A DNA stretch of 63,001 nucleotides from assembly GCA_964590575.1 (NCBI GenBank), contig CAZPWM010000005.1:1-63001 (forward strand), read 5' to 3'. The DNA is from an uncultured archaeon. GTDB taxonomy: Archaea > Asgardarchaeota > Thorarchaeia > Thorarchaeales > Thorarchaeaceae. How positions within the stretch are numbered: position 1 is the first letter of the stretch; each line of letters starts with the position of its first letter. Shown here piece by piece: positions 48,862 through 57,909 of the stretch. The notes under the pieces are model-generated. The model searched no databases. It had not been told where the DNA came from and saw only the letters and a program-made list of their open reading frames with translations. Position numbers and translations under genes: made by a program.

Positions 48862-49398
48862 TTACTCCTCACTTTCATTGACTGCGTCACAGAAGCAATC
48901 GCAGGTATACTTGTTCAGACATACGAGTGTTATTTCCTTTACTGAACCTGGACTCCTAGTATAATGAGCTATGCCTTCAACAATTGCTTTCGCAGATTGT
49001 TCTCCAGATAAACCTCCTACTCCCGCTCCAATTGCAGGGAATGCTATGGAACTTAGATTGTGGTCTGATGCGATATTTAGCGCAGCTTGAACTGATGATA
49101 GTACTTTCCAATAGGTTGCCTTTCCCCCTGGCGGCATTCCTGCACAATGAATTACATACTTCGATGGCAGGTTTCCTGCAGTGGTCATTACAGCTTCTCC
49201 CGGTCTAATTGGACCCATAGAGAGAGCTTCTTCTTCTATCTGCTGACCCCCCTTAGATTTGATAGCTCCCGCAACGCCAGATCCCATCCAGAGGTCCGAA
49301 TTTGCAGCATTTGCAATCACATCCACAGCGAGTTCGGTGATGTCACCAATGTAAGTTTTAACTAGCACAGCACCAAACTTCTTCTCCATGGACCACAT
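48862..49398 (-). CDS. Macro domain protein (ADP-ribose binding/hydrolase)
   Basis: GDIT, ANAANSDLWMGSGVAGAI, VIH, AFPAIGAGVGG. Start may be 49389. Confidence 0.92.
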   Translation of the reverse strand: MWSMEKKFGAVLVKTYIGDITELAVDVIANAANSDLWMGSGVAGAIKSKGGQQIEEEALSMGPIRPGEAVMTTAGNLPSKYVIHCAGMPPGGKATYWKVLSSVQAALNIASDHNLSSIAFPAIGAGVGGLSGEQSAKAIVEGIAHYTRSPGSVKEITLVCLNKYTCDCFCDAVNESEE

Positions 49399-49486
49399 CC
49401 TCCATTTACAGTGATAACACTAAGGAATCCTATTCGTAAAAGGTTGTCGTCCCACAACCTTTATGCACCTAGGTACTGGATTTTTG

Positions 49487-50077
49487 ATGGCGAGTCTACT
49501 GAACGAGATTAATGACAGAGAGATAATGTCACTAAAGGAGAAATATGGTGAACCAATTATCCACGAGTTCACCGCAGATTTTCTAGATTTTGAATGTAAT
49601 CTAGTCAAACGTACAGAAGCTAAGGGTCGTCTGCATGACATAACCTGTTTCATTCGTAGGAATGATGGCGATTTCGTTGTAATCCAGAAACCACAATATG
49701 CTAGGACTGGAATATACCGCGCTCCCTCTGGTGGAGCAACTCCTGGTGAACCCCTAGAAGATGCGGCAATTCGTGAGATGCATGAAGAAACTGGATTGAC
49801 GATTCATCTAACTCATTTTGTATTAGATATGCGACTTAATGTTGTCTGTAAAGATCGCACGATTCCCTGGCGTTCACTTGTCTTTCTAGCTGAACCCGTT
49901 GATGGGGAAATGAAACAAATTGACACAAGAGAGATCTTTGATGTCACAGTGATGTCACGAGAACAACTTGTTGGAAAAGTATCTCAACTTATGGAAGACT
50001 CAGGATGGGGCGGTTTCAAGTATCGCGCTTTTCTGACTCGCGAGTTCTTCCGGCGTCTTGATGAATTAGATATCTGA
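49487..50077 (+). CDS. NUDIX hydrolase
   Basis: Nudix box GGATPGEPLEDAAIREMHEETG. Track start 49463. Confidence 0.9.
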   Translation: MASLLNEINDREIMSLKEKYGEPIIHEFTADFLDFECNLVKRTEAKGRLHDITCFIRRNDGDFVVIQKPQYARTGIYRAPSGGATPGEPLEDAAIREMHEETGLTIHLTHFVLDMRLNVVCKDRTIPWRSLVFLAEPVDGEMKQIDTREIFDVTVMSREQLVGKVSQLMEDSGWGGFKYRAFLTREFFRRLDELDI

Positions 50078-50358
50078 CCTTGTGATACTCGATTCCATAT
50101 TTCTCATGCGCCGCATAAAACATAGAGCAGAGGCATTCCGACAGATAGAGTTTTCCTAAAAATCAACAAACTCAACACTTTAACTCTTAACCCCCACAAT
50201 TCCTGGCGGTGCACTCTGCTCAAATCCCTTTTTCGAAATCAATCTCCAAAATATCTCATGAAACTTTCGTCTTTTCTAGGTGAAGTTCAGGTGAGAACTC
50301 ATATCAGAAATAAGCCACATGACGCTATAGTTTAGAAAGTAGGAATTACCACTCCCAG

Positions 50359-50958
50359 TCACTTCGATAACTTGGTGATTAATTCCTCTGAGAATTGCTC
50401 TAGAATAAGACCTACTCTATCTTGAACCTCTTCTGATCCAAAAAGTGAAGTCAGCAGATTCAAGAGAGCAAGGTTATGAAGCATAGACACTGAAAATTCG
50501 TTTCTAGAATAAAAATCAGAGATGCGTTTATCAACTACCTTTTTTGCATCATCAGTCCCTAAACGCTTTATTGCATCTCTTCTGATATTATACATGCAAG
50601 CTTCGAATTCTCTTGTCTGAAGAGCTGACCGGATAGGGCCAATCAGGAAATTTGCAGATAACTCATCATTGAGATTGTGGCTCCCTAGTTCTCGAACATT
50701 ATCATTGAATTGAATAAGAACCGGTTCTACATCAAATGGAATAGTCTTCGCAACCCTCTTGAGAAACGATTGGAACTCTTTCCGTCGGATGAGATGTAGA
50801 TGTTGTTTAAACTCCTCTTCAAACGCTAAGACAACTGGACCAATTCCTTTTATTGAGAGCCGATGTTTCTTATCGCGACTATAAAGAACATCCTCTTCCT
50901 CAGAGTAGAACTGTAGATGGACTAGATATTTCACCATTAGTTCTAATTGGTCCGTCAT
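50359..50958 (-). CDS. Hypothetical alpha-helical protein
   Basis: 199 aa ORF with no overlap and protein-like composition; no motif recognised. Confidence 0.7.
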   Translation of the reverse strand: MTDQLELMVKYLVHLQFYSEEEDVLYSRDKKHRLSIKGIGPVVLAFEEEFKQHLHLIRRKEFQSFLKRVAKTIPFDVEPVLIQFNDNVRELGSHNLNDELSANFLIGPIRSALQTREFEACMYNIRRDAIKRLGTDDAKKVVDKRISDFYSRNEFSVSMLHNLALLNLLTSLFGSEEVQDRVGLILEQFSEELITKLSK

Positions 50959-51058
50959 CTATCTGTTACCAATTCTCAATGTCTAATTGAACATATATCC
51001 CTAATTAGGGGGAATGAAATAGGCGTCGTTAAATGTAGGATTTCCACCGTTTTTTTAG

Positions 51059-51646
51059 TTACTCAATTGGAAAGAAGTCCTCGAATAAAGATGAAGTAAC
51101 GATTATCTCTTGATCCTCATATGAAATCAGAACACGTCCATAAGCTACGATGCTCCCTTGTTCCGGTGTTATGCCTTCAATGGTATTTAGAGTTCTATCC
51201 CCGTCGTAGTAAAGGGTAATATTCGAGAACGCTTCTATGGTTGTATTTGTCGATGGGATTAGACCAAAAGTGTAGTAATGCCAATGATCATCTCTGAATA
51301 TCGAAAGCTTCACTGGATGAAAATCCCAAAAACTAGTTGGTCCCGTGTTGTTTACCCTAATAATAAGGTTCACGTCGAATCTGTCGATCTGATGAGTATC
51401 CCAAACGTAGCAATTGATTCTTGTACTAATTGATATATTATCAAAGCTCTCCCAAAATGGTTCTTGACTTGGCTGAACGTCTGCAGGCGGAAGAGGATCG
51501 AAAATAGGCAGATTTGGTTGTGGAGGAACAACAATGAGTATTGTTCCACTTACCATGATGATAAGGGACACAACCATGAGTATTTTTATGAGGTCATCTA
51601 TTTTTCGACCTTTGGCTGGAGGTTTATATTGACCCGCAATTGCCAT
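51059..51646 (-). CDS. Hypothetical single-TM protein with extracellular beta domain
   Basis: TM ILMVVSLIIMVSGTILIVV, Pro-rich linker, NxS/T sequons. Confidence 0.7.
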   Translation of the reverse strand: MAIAGQYKPPAKGRKIDDLIKILMVVSLIIMVSGTILIVVPPQPNLPIFDPLPPADVQPSQEPFWESFDNISISTRINCYVWDTHQIDRFDVNLIIRVNNTGPTSFWDFHPVKLSIFRDDHWHYYTFGLIPSTNTTIEAFSNITLYYDGDRTLNTIEGITPEQGSIVAYGRVLISYEDQEIIVTSSLFEDFFPIE

Positions 51647-51704
51647 TACTACTAAGCCCTCGCTATAGTCTTGAATCTAATGAGATATGTATTTCGAAGT
51701 ACTC

Positions 51705-51748
51705 AAGAGAAAGAGAAACGTCTAGCTGCGGACTTACTACAGCTAGAC
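51705..51748 (-). terminator. Hairpin plus pyrimidine tract downstream of the carbamoyltransferase
   Basis: GTCTAGCTG (51720)...CAGCTAGAC (51748), preceded on + by AAGAGAAAGAGAAA. Confidence 0.6.
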
Positions 51749-51758
51749 AATGAACCTA

Positions 51759-52805
51759 CTAACGCATTGTTAATGCCATGACTGCTTTTTGGGCATGCAA
51801 TCTATTCTCGGCTTGATCGAAGGCAATGGACTGAGGACCATCAAGGACCGAATTACTCACCTCAAAGCCTCTGTCAGCAGGAAGGCAGTGCATATAGTGA
51901 GCCTTTGGTCCTGCAATCTTCATCTTCTCGTCATCACAGATCCAATGCTTGTTCTTGTCAAACACAGCTTGTGACTTCTCTAGCTCAGGTTTAGTATTGA
52001 ATGGTGGAATGAACTCCTTACACGTCCAAGCTTTTGGATAGACAACATTTGCACCTTCGAATGCTTCGTCCATATCATTCACAATTTCGAAACTGGACTC
52101 GTTCTCTTCAGCCATTATCTTGCACTGCTTGAGTATCTCATCATCCAGCTCCATCCCCTTAGGATGAGCCAACACCGTGTCCATTCCCACTTTTGTTGAG
52201 GCGATAATTGCGCTCTGTGGGACTGCTAGTGGTTTGTGAACAGATGGCGAGTATGCCCAAGACATGACAAACTTCACATCTTTGAATGTTCCATACTTTT
52301 CCTTCACTGTCATGATGTCTGCAAGACCCTGACATGGGTGGTAGATATCGTCCTCCATGTTGATGACTGGAATGTGACTCCAATGCGCAAAGTTACGAAT
52401 CACCTCATTCGCTCTGCCATATATCCATCCTACCGGGTCTCCATAACAACGAATTGCGATTGCGTGGCCCATTCTCGCAAGAACACGTGCTACATCAGAT
52501 ACGCGTTCGGTAGAATAGGCCTTCTCGTCACCTTCAAGAGCTGGAGCATATATCTTGCTGGGGTCTAAAAAGTGGGCATGACCGCCGAGCTGGGTCATAC
52601 CAGCCTCGAATGAGTTCCGAGTTCTTAAGCTTTGATTGTAAAAGATCATGAACAAGGTTTTTGCATCGAGAAGTTTGTGAGGTTCACCCATTGCGAATTT
52701 TCGCTTTAGATCAAGTGCAACCTCAAGGAGGGTCTCGATCTCCTCCTTTGTATAATCAAGCAGGGTTATGAAGTCCCTGCCACGAAAGGTTTCTGTCTTA
52801 ACCAT
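51759..52805 (-). CDS. Ornithine carbamoyltransferase family, YgeW/ArgF'-like
   Basis: SLRTRNSFE, HPCQGLAD, WAYSPSVHKPLAVPQS, HCLPADRG, QAENRLHAQKA. Confidence 0.88.
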   Translation of the reverse strand: MVKTETFRGRDFITLLDYTKEEIETLLEVALDLKRKFAMGEPHKLLDAKTLFMIFYNQSLRTRNSFEAGMTQLGGHAHFLDPSKIYAPALEGDEKAYSTERVSDVARVLARMGHAIAIRCYGDPVGWIYGRANEVIRNFAHWSHIPVINMEDDIYHPCQGLADIMTVKEKYGTFKDVKFVMSWAYSPSVHKPLAVPQSAIIASTKVGMDTVLAHPKGMELDDEILKQCKIMAEENESSFEIVNDMDEAFEGANVVYPKAWTCKEFIPPFNTKPELEKSQAVFDKNKHWICDDEKMKIAGPKAHYMHCLPADRGFEVSNSVLDGPQSIAFDQAENRLHAQKAVMALTMR

Positions 52806-53007
52806 AATTGGTCACAACCTCATAGTTTGCAACTTTACTTATAGAAAAAGGTTACCAACGGGGTTCCAGATTTCGTTCAAGCAAAGTTTGACATCATACT
52901 GGCTTGAGTAATCATTCTATCAGGGATGAGCGTTCTTGCAAGGAAGTCCTCTCCTCCATGTTCTTTTAAAGCACGAGAATCAATGTTGAATCCACTTGGT
53001 GGTAGTA

Positions 53008-53448
53008 ATGGAAACTGTAGTCCTTGAGATTGAAGAGATTGTCAACAGGGAAACTCGGGCTTGGGATACACAGGATGTTGACCTTCTAATGACCGTATTT
53101 CATCATGACATGGTCTGGCCTTGGCCTCCTGACTCAAAGACACATAATCCCATAAACTGGGTTCTTGAATGGGGCCGCTATGATGACGCACGCTGGCGTC
53201 AAGGTTGGCAGGACCTCTTTGATACTCACAAACTCGTTCACAATATTAGAACTATCAAGAGAATTGAGGTTTCGAAAGAAAGCGATGGGGCTTTTGTGGT
53301 TGTCGACATAGACACGCTCTGGCGTGATTCTTCAGGAAACGATAATCGTTGGATTGGCCGAACCTGTAAGATCTATTCAAAGGTCAAGGATGAATGGAAG
53401 ATGACCGCACAGATTGGTGTTCTTGACTACGAAGATGTCGCGATTTAG
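53008..53448 (+). CDS. SnoaL/NTF2-like domain protein
   Basis: AWDTQDVDLLMTVF, VSKESDGAFVVVD, KVKDEWKM. Track start 52996. Confidence 0.75.
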   Translation: METVVLEIEEIVNRETRAWDTQDVDLLMTVFHHDMVWPWPPDSKTHNPINWVLEWGRYDDARWRQGWQDLFDTHKLVHNIRTIKRIEVSKESDGAFVVVDIDTLWRDSSGNDNRWIGRTCKIYSKVKDEWKMTAQIGVLDYEDVAI

Positions 53449-53537
53449 CAATATTTTCAATCGAACCATCTCTCCTAATGCTTAAAGGGAGCGACGCACA
53501 TATCATCTGAATTGAACTAATGAGAGTTGGAGAGAAA

Positions 53538-56108
53538 ATGAAAAGAAAGGTTGTGAACCTAGCACTCTCGCTCATTGGACCGATTGCATTGATTATTATC
53601 TTGACAATGCCAATTGGACCATTGACTGGAGGATTAGGCATCATTCAACCAGTTGGTGGAATCTTCGACAACGGTGCTCCAGACCCTGGGTCCCAAACAA
53701 TTACCCTAACAGGTCTAGATGCTGAAGTTGAAGTCATTATCGACCATCTGGGAATCCCGCATATCTATGCTGAGTCCGTCCATGATGCTATGATGGCACT
53801 GGGGTATATGCATGCAAGAGATAGACTGTTTCAGGTTACGATGCAGAATTTCTTTGCGGCTGGAAGAATCAGTGAGATTGTTGGTGGATATGCTGCTAGC
53901 TCAGACATGTTCTACCGAACAATTGGATTGAAACGTTCTGCTCAAGAGACCCTAGACTGGTATGAAGCAAATGCAGCCACCTATCCTGAAGTGGCTGAAG
54001 AACTTGATGCTATCTATGCGGAAGTTGAGGGTGCGAACGCATTCATCCGAACCCTGACAAGTGCAACTATGCCCATCGAGTTCAAGGTGCTTGGATATAC
54101 TCCTGAACTTTGGACACCTGTAGATTGTTTTGTCAACGCTAAGATGCTGACGTGGGGGTTATCGGGTTCAATTCCAGATTTTCAACGTCAGTGGATTCGA
54201 AATACACTTGACAATGACACCATCTACAATGACCTATTTCCAGACCTAATGCCCTATACAATTCCGATTGTGCAAGAGCAGGTAAACATCAGTTATGCTG
54301 AATATCCACTTGCTCCCGGAATGGCTCCTGCAACTGATGACCCTGGTCAATATGCCAGTATGGCTCTTGCAGGCGAGGCTGTAATTCCTGATGAGAAATT
54401 GGCAGCACTGATCAATACAATGAATGAGGTAATCAATCCGCTAGGTGATATGGATTTTGTTGGGAGTAACAACTGGGCGATTAATGGGTCAAAGTCCTCA
54501 ACAGGCATGCCCATTGTCGCTGGAGATCCTCACCTAACATTCCAAGCCCCATCCGTTTGGTATGAAGCTCATATTGTTGTTCCTGGAGTGCTCGATATCA
54601 CAGGCACAACCTTTCCTGGATTACCAGCAGTTTTGATCGGTCATAATGATCATGTGGCTTATAGCTTCACTAATGTTGGTGCAGATGTCGCTGACATTTT
54701 CGTTGAACAGCTTAACCCCTCAAATCCTGATCAATACATGTACAATGGTGCCTACAGAAACTTCACGATTCACCAAGAAAATATCCATACAAAGGAAGGT
54801 GAAGTCATTCCATTCACTGTAAAGGAATCTGTTCATGGTCCCTGTATTGATTCTGTATTAAACACCTACAACCTGGATGGTGAGGATAATCCGAACTTGG
54901 CAATGACTTGGACTGGCTCTGGAGTAACTCACGAGATGGTTGCAGCTGGTCAGTTTATGAAAGCTGATGGCCTAGATGAGTTCATTGATGCCATGTATTG
55001 GTGGGACAGTCCAGCTCAGAACTGTGTGTTTGGAGATGACTCTGGAAATATCGCCATGCTTGTTGTTGGACGGTTTCCAGTGCGAGCTGGTTATACTGGG
55101 GAATATCCAGTCGTGGCATTGAACGATTCAGTGGGAATGGTAAGTAATATCCCCTATGCCTACAATCCACGAGAGATTAACCCTGCTCGAGGGTTTGTTC
55201 AGTCTGCCAACCAGAGAACAATCGAACCAAGCAATTATGGGTATGATATTCTCGGCCCACAGGCGAACGGATACAGAGCACGACGCATCTTCTATCTTTT
55301 GGACAATAATGATGGTATATCAGTGAATGACATGAAACGGTTCCAAGCGGATGTTGTTGAGGTCCGGGCTGAAGTCATCGTGCCATACGTCATTGATGCG
55401 TGGGATGTCGTAGGTGATGGAAATACAACAATTTCTGATGCTGTTGACCTTTTGCGAGTCTGGGGCTTTGACATGGAACCAGACTTAGTGGCACCGACAA
55501 TCTGGATGTATCTCCTAGATGCAATTCACGAAGAAACGTTTGACGAGATCAGTTCTATCAATACTGCATTACCACTCTCAAGAACACCAATCTTGGAAGA
55601 ATTGATTGTGACCAACAATACTTACTACCTCGATGACCACACTACAGTTCCAGTCGAGACCCGTGATGAGATACTTGTTCAAGCTCTCTTCAAAGCAATC
55701 GATACGCTCACAGCTGAGTGGGAAGATGAACCTGATTGGACATATGGTAACCGTCACATTATCTTCATTGATCATCTCGCTGGATTCACTTACATTGGAG
55801 GTGGCCCGCGCCGAGGACAAAACACAATCGATGTTGCAAGTGGATGGACTGTCACTCATGGTCCCTCAACAAGACTCATCGCAGATCTAAGCAACATTGG
55901 GAAGTCGTACATGGCATATCCAGGTGGACAAAGTGGTAACATTTTCAGTCCTCATTGGGATGATATCTTTGAGATCTGGAACTCATTCAACGAAGTCACT
56001 GAGCAACACGGATACCATGAGATGTACTTCTATTCGACAGCAGATGCGTTTAGAACTGCAGACACAGATAACACTCTGATAGAGCGGACTATCACTTTTG
56101 TACCATAG
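53538..56108 (+). CDS. Penicillin acylase family Ntn-hydrolase, membrane-anchored/secreted
   Basis: N-terminal TM, GIPHIYA, GYMHARDRLFQ, autocleavage GSNNWAI, GDPHL, WYEAH, SANQ, PGGQSG. Track start 53520. Confidence 0.93.
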   Translation: MKRKVVNLALSLIGPIALIIILTMPIGPLTGGLGIIQPVGGIFDNGAPDPGSQTITLTGLDAEVEVIIDHLGIPHIYAESVHDAMMALGYMHARDRLFQVTMQNFFAAGRISEIVGGYAASSDMFYRTIGLKRSAQETLDWYEANAATYPEVAEELDAIYAEVEGANAFIRTLTSATMPIEFKVLGYTPELWTPVDCFVNAKMLTWGLSGSIPDFQRQWIRNTLDNDTIYNDLFPDLMPYTIPIVQEQVNISYAEYPLAPGMAPATDDPGQYASMALAGEAVIPDEKLAALINTMNEVINPLGDMDFVGSNNWAINGSKSSTGMPIVAGDPHLTFQAPSVWYEAHIVVPGVLDITGTTFPGLPAVLIGHNDHVAYSFTNVGADVADIFVEQLNPSNPDQYMYNGAYRNFTIHQENIHTKEGEVIPFTVKESVHGPCIDSVLNTYNLDGEDNPNLAMTWTGSGVTHEMVAAGQFMKADGLDEFIDAMYWWDSPAQNCVFGDDSGNIAMLVVGRFPVRAGYTGEYPVVALNDSVGMVSNIPYAYNPREINPARGFVQSANQRTIEPSNYGYDILGPQANGYRARRIFYLLDNNDGISVNDMKRFQADVVEVRAEVIVPYVIDAWDVVGDGNTTISDAVDLLRVWGFDMEPDLVAPTIWMYLLDAIHEETFDEISSINTALPLSRTPILEELIVTNNTYYLDDHTTVPVETRDEILVQALFKAIDTLTAEWEDEPDWTYGNRHIIFIDHLAGFTYIGGGPRRGQNTIDVASGWTVTHGPSTRLIADLSNIGKSYMAYPGGQSGNIFSPHWDDIFEIWNSFNEVTEQHGYHEMYFYSTADAFRTADTDNTLIERTITFVP

Positions 56109-56119
56109 GAGGTTAAAAA

Positions 56120-56551
56120 ATGGGAAAAATTGATGACACAATTCCTGACGTTGGATTCTTAGCTGCACTAGTGCTTACCATTGTCTTCGGTATAGCTCTC
56201 CAGCTGGCTGGCGACTGGAAATTAATGCTCATAGCTGGAGCACTAGGAGCACTCTTTGTGAGGAGAATCAGGAAAGCCTTCTTGGTAGGATTTCTAGGTG
56301 TAGGACTTGCTTGGAGTTTCCTCTTTGTCTATCTGATAATAACTGCTCAGGCGATGGCTGTAGCTAACATCTTCATTGGACTTCTAGGTCTTGAAGGTCT
56401 TGGAGCAATTGTCATTGTGATAAGCGTCCTCATTGGTGCGCTGCTTGGAGGTTTTGGTGGTATGCTCGGCCGATCTCTCTACGAATTGATAGACGAGTTT
56501 CTACCAACTGATTCAGGAGAAGACCAAACTCCGGCACTAGACGCTGGCTAA
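56120..56551 (+). CDS. Small Gly-rich membrane protein (paralog of 59867-60310)
   Basis: GGAGG RBS; hydrophobic; LQLAGDWKLMLIAGALG..AFLVGFLGVGLAWS. Confidence 0.8.
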   Translation: MGKIDDTIPDVGFLAALVLTIVFGIALQLAGDWKLMLIAGALGALFVRRIRKAFLVGFLGVGLAWSFLFVYLIITAQAMAVANIFIGLLGLEGLGAIVIVISVLIGALLGGFGGMLGRSLYELIDEFLPTDSGEDQTPALDAG

Positions 56552-56585
56552 GAAGAAACCGCGATTGGATCAGAATTGTTGACTT

Positions 56586-56623
56586 GCTGTGGCAAGCTCT
56601 GCCACAGCTCTCTTACTTTTTCT
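56586..56623 (+). terminator. Hairpin plus T tract between convergent genes
   Basis: GCTGTGGCA-agctc-TGCCACAGC then TCTCTTACTTTTT. Confidence 0.65.
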
Positions 56624-57167
56624 TCCAGAGGAAGAATGACACTATTAGAAGAGATGAAAGACCAATCAAACCAATAATGGTCACAGCAAGAGTGAATCCA
56701 TTTTGTGAGATATTCTCAATACTACCCTCAACCTGTTTCATGAAGATTGAATCATTAAGGTAAACAACATACCAGATTCCATCACTCGGTATTTGAACAG
56801 TCCAGGAGAGCTCAACGACCCCATCTCTCTCATACAAGGGATATGCAGGTTGGTCATTGATCCAGAGAACATAATTAGATTCGTCTAGAACCAGAATGGT
56901 AATTCCAGTCAGGAGCCAGTTATCATACTTGGTCTGGTCGCCAATAAAGAGATCACCATTACTGCTGAGTCTGAACTCTCCTGAGAGAGTATCCCCTGCA
57001 ATGCACCTAATAGGAAATGACTTCCACGAAACAGCATCCAATAAGATATCATGAGTTCCCATGGGCAATTCTTCTGCTGTCAGAGTCTGATCCCATGCAT
57101 CAACACTAACCACTACTAAACTCAAAACAAGTATGAGTAGGCTAAGTTTCTTCCTCAACTTATGCAA
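56613..57167 (-). CDS. Small surface protein (signal peptide, beta domain, C-terminal TM and KKK)
   Basis: LLILVLSLVVVSVDA signal; GIWYVVYLN; C-terminal TM ending WKKK. Confidence 0.75.
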   Translation of the reverse strand: MHKLRKKLSLLILVLSLVVVSVDAWDQTLTAEELPMGTHDILLDAVSWKSFPIRCIAGDTLSGEFRLSSNGDLFIGDQTKYDNWLLTGITILVLDESNYVLWINDQPAYPLYERDGVVELSWTVQIPSDGIWYVVYLNDSIFMKQVEGSIENISQNGFTLAVTIIGLIGLSSLLIVSFFLWKKK

Positions 57168-57251
57168 CTTCCATCTGATACCTTGATACTCAATAATTCT
57201 GCTTTTATTTCATTTCAAAGACTAACTTAATACTCCGAAGGAAAATGTAGA

Positions 57252-57503
57252 TTATCCCCCACCAACAGGTGGGAATATGACAATTACATCATCTGATGAT
57301 ACTTTGTGGTCAAGATTAGTGATACGGATTCCATTGACCATGATGATTTTGGCTTGCTCTTTCCCAATTCCTAATCTATCGAGAATTCCACTAATTGTTG
57401 CCACGTCAATCTCCACCAGAAATGCCTTGCCTAGCTCCACATCATTAGGTGCGAATTTTCTGAGGGTCGCATAGAGTTTGACCTGAACTAACATTGGATT
57501 CAC
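57252..57503 (-). CDS. MoaD/ThiS/SAMP ubiquitin-like sulfur carrier
   Basis: VKLYATLR, IMVNG, IFPPVGGG C-terminus; next to AOR. Confidence 0.9.
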   Translation of the reverse strand: MNPMLVQVKLYATLRKFAPNDVELGKAFLVEIDVATISGILDRLGIGKEQAKIIMVNGIRITNLDHKVSSDDVIVIFPPVGGG

Positions 57504-57823
57504 CCATAGTAGTCTACGTCAACATCCTTACGAGTATACCCATGTCCTTTGAGATGTTGTCCACCACATAACAAGACCATATTGAAAGGGAATAAACCAA
57601 TCCGTGCTCCTTTTGGAATCACGTCCTTGTGTTTCGCCAATGTACCATTAAGAAAACAATCTCCAATGTCTGACAGACTTAATCCCAAACGTTTTACAAG
57701 TTGCTCAAAGCTTTCATCTTCTTGAAAATCGAGTTTTAGTACAGTATCCTCATCTGGACGACTACCTTTGACGAGCTTTCGGAGACGCCCATAGAGGTGG
57801 ATTTCAATGGAATCATTAGTCAT
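57500..57823 (-). CDS. Second beta-grasp (MoaD-like) protein with C-terminal extension
   Basis: IHLYGRLR, FLNG, RIGLFP, then internal CGG plus 19 aa. ATG 57823 follows GGAGTG; the track's upstream part spans a terminator. Confidence 0.75.
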   Translation of the reverse strand: MTNDSIEIHLYGRLRKLVKGSRPDEDTVLKLDFQEDESFEQLVKRLGLSLSDIGDCFLNGTLAKHKDVIPKGARIGLFPFNMVLLCGGQHLKGHGYTRKDVDVDYYG

Positions 57824-57870
57824 GTGCATCACTCCCACTAAAGTGACAGTACAGATAATACTAATGGTAT

Positions 57871-57904
57871 GAAGAAAAACAAGGGGGATATCTAATCCCC
57901 CTTG
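57871..57904 (-). terminator. Hairpin plus T tract downstream of AOR
   Basis: CAAGGGGGAT-atcta-ATCCCCCTTG, preceded on + by GAAGAAAAA. Confidence 0.7.
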
Positions 57905-57909
57905 AAGAT

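Noticed and set aside
50075-50120. Selenocysteine read-through of the NUDIX TGA (TGA-CCT-TGT) with the downstream structure as SECIS
   Set aside because: The NUDIX domain is complete, there is no UxxC context, the extension is only about 12 codons, and I saw no clear SECIS core
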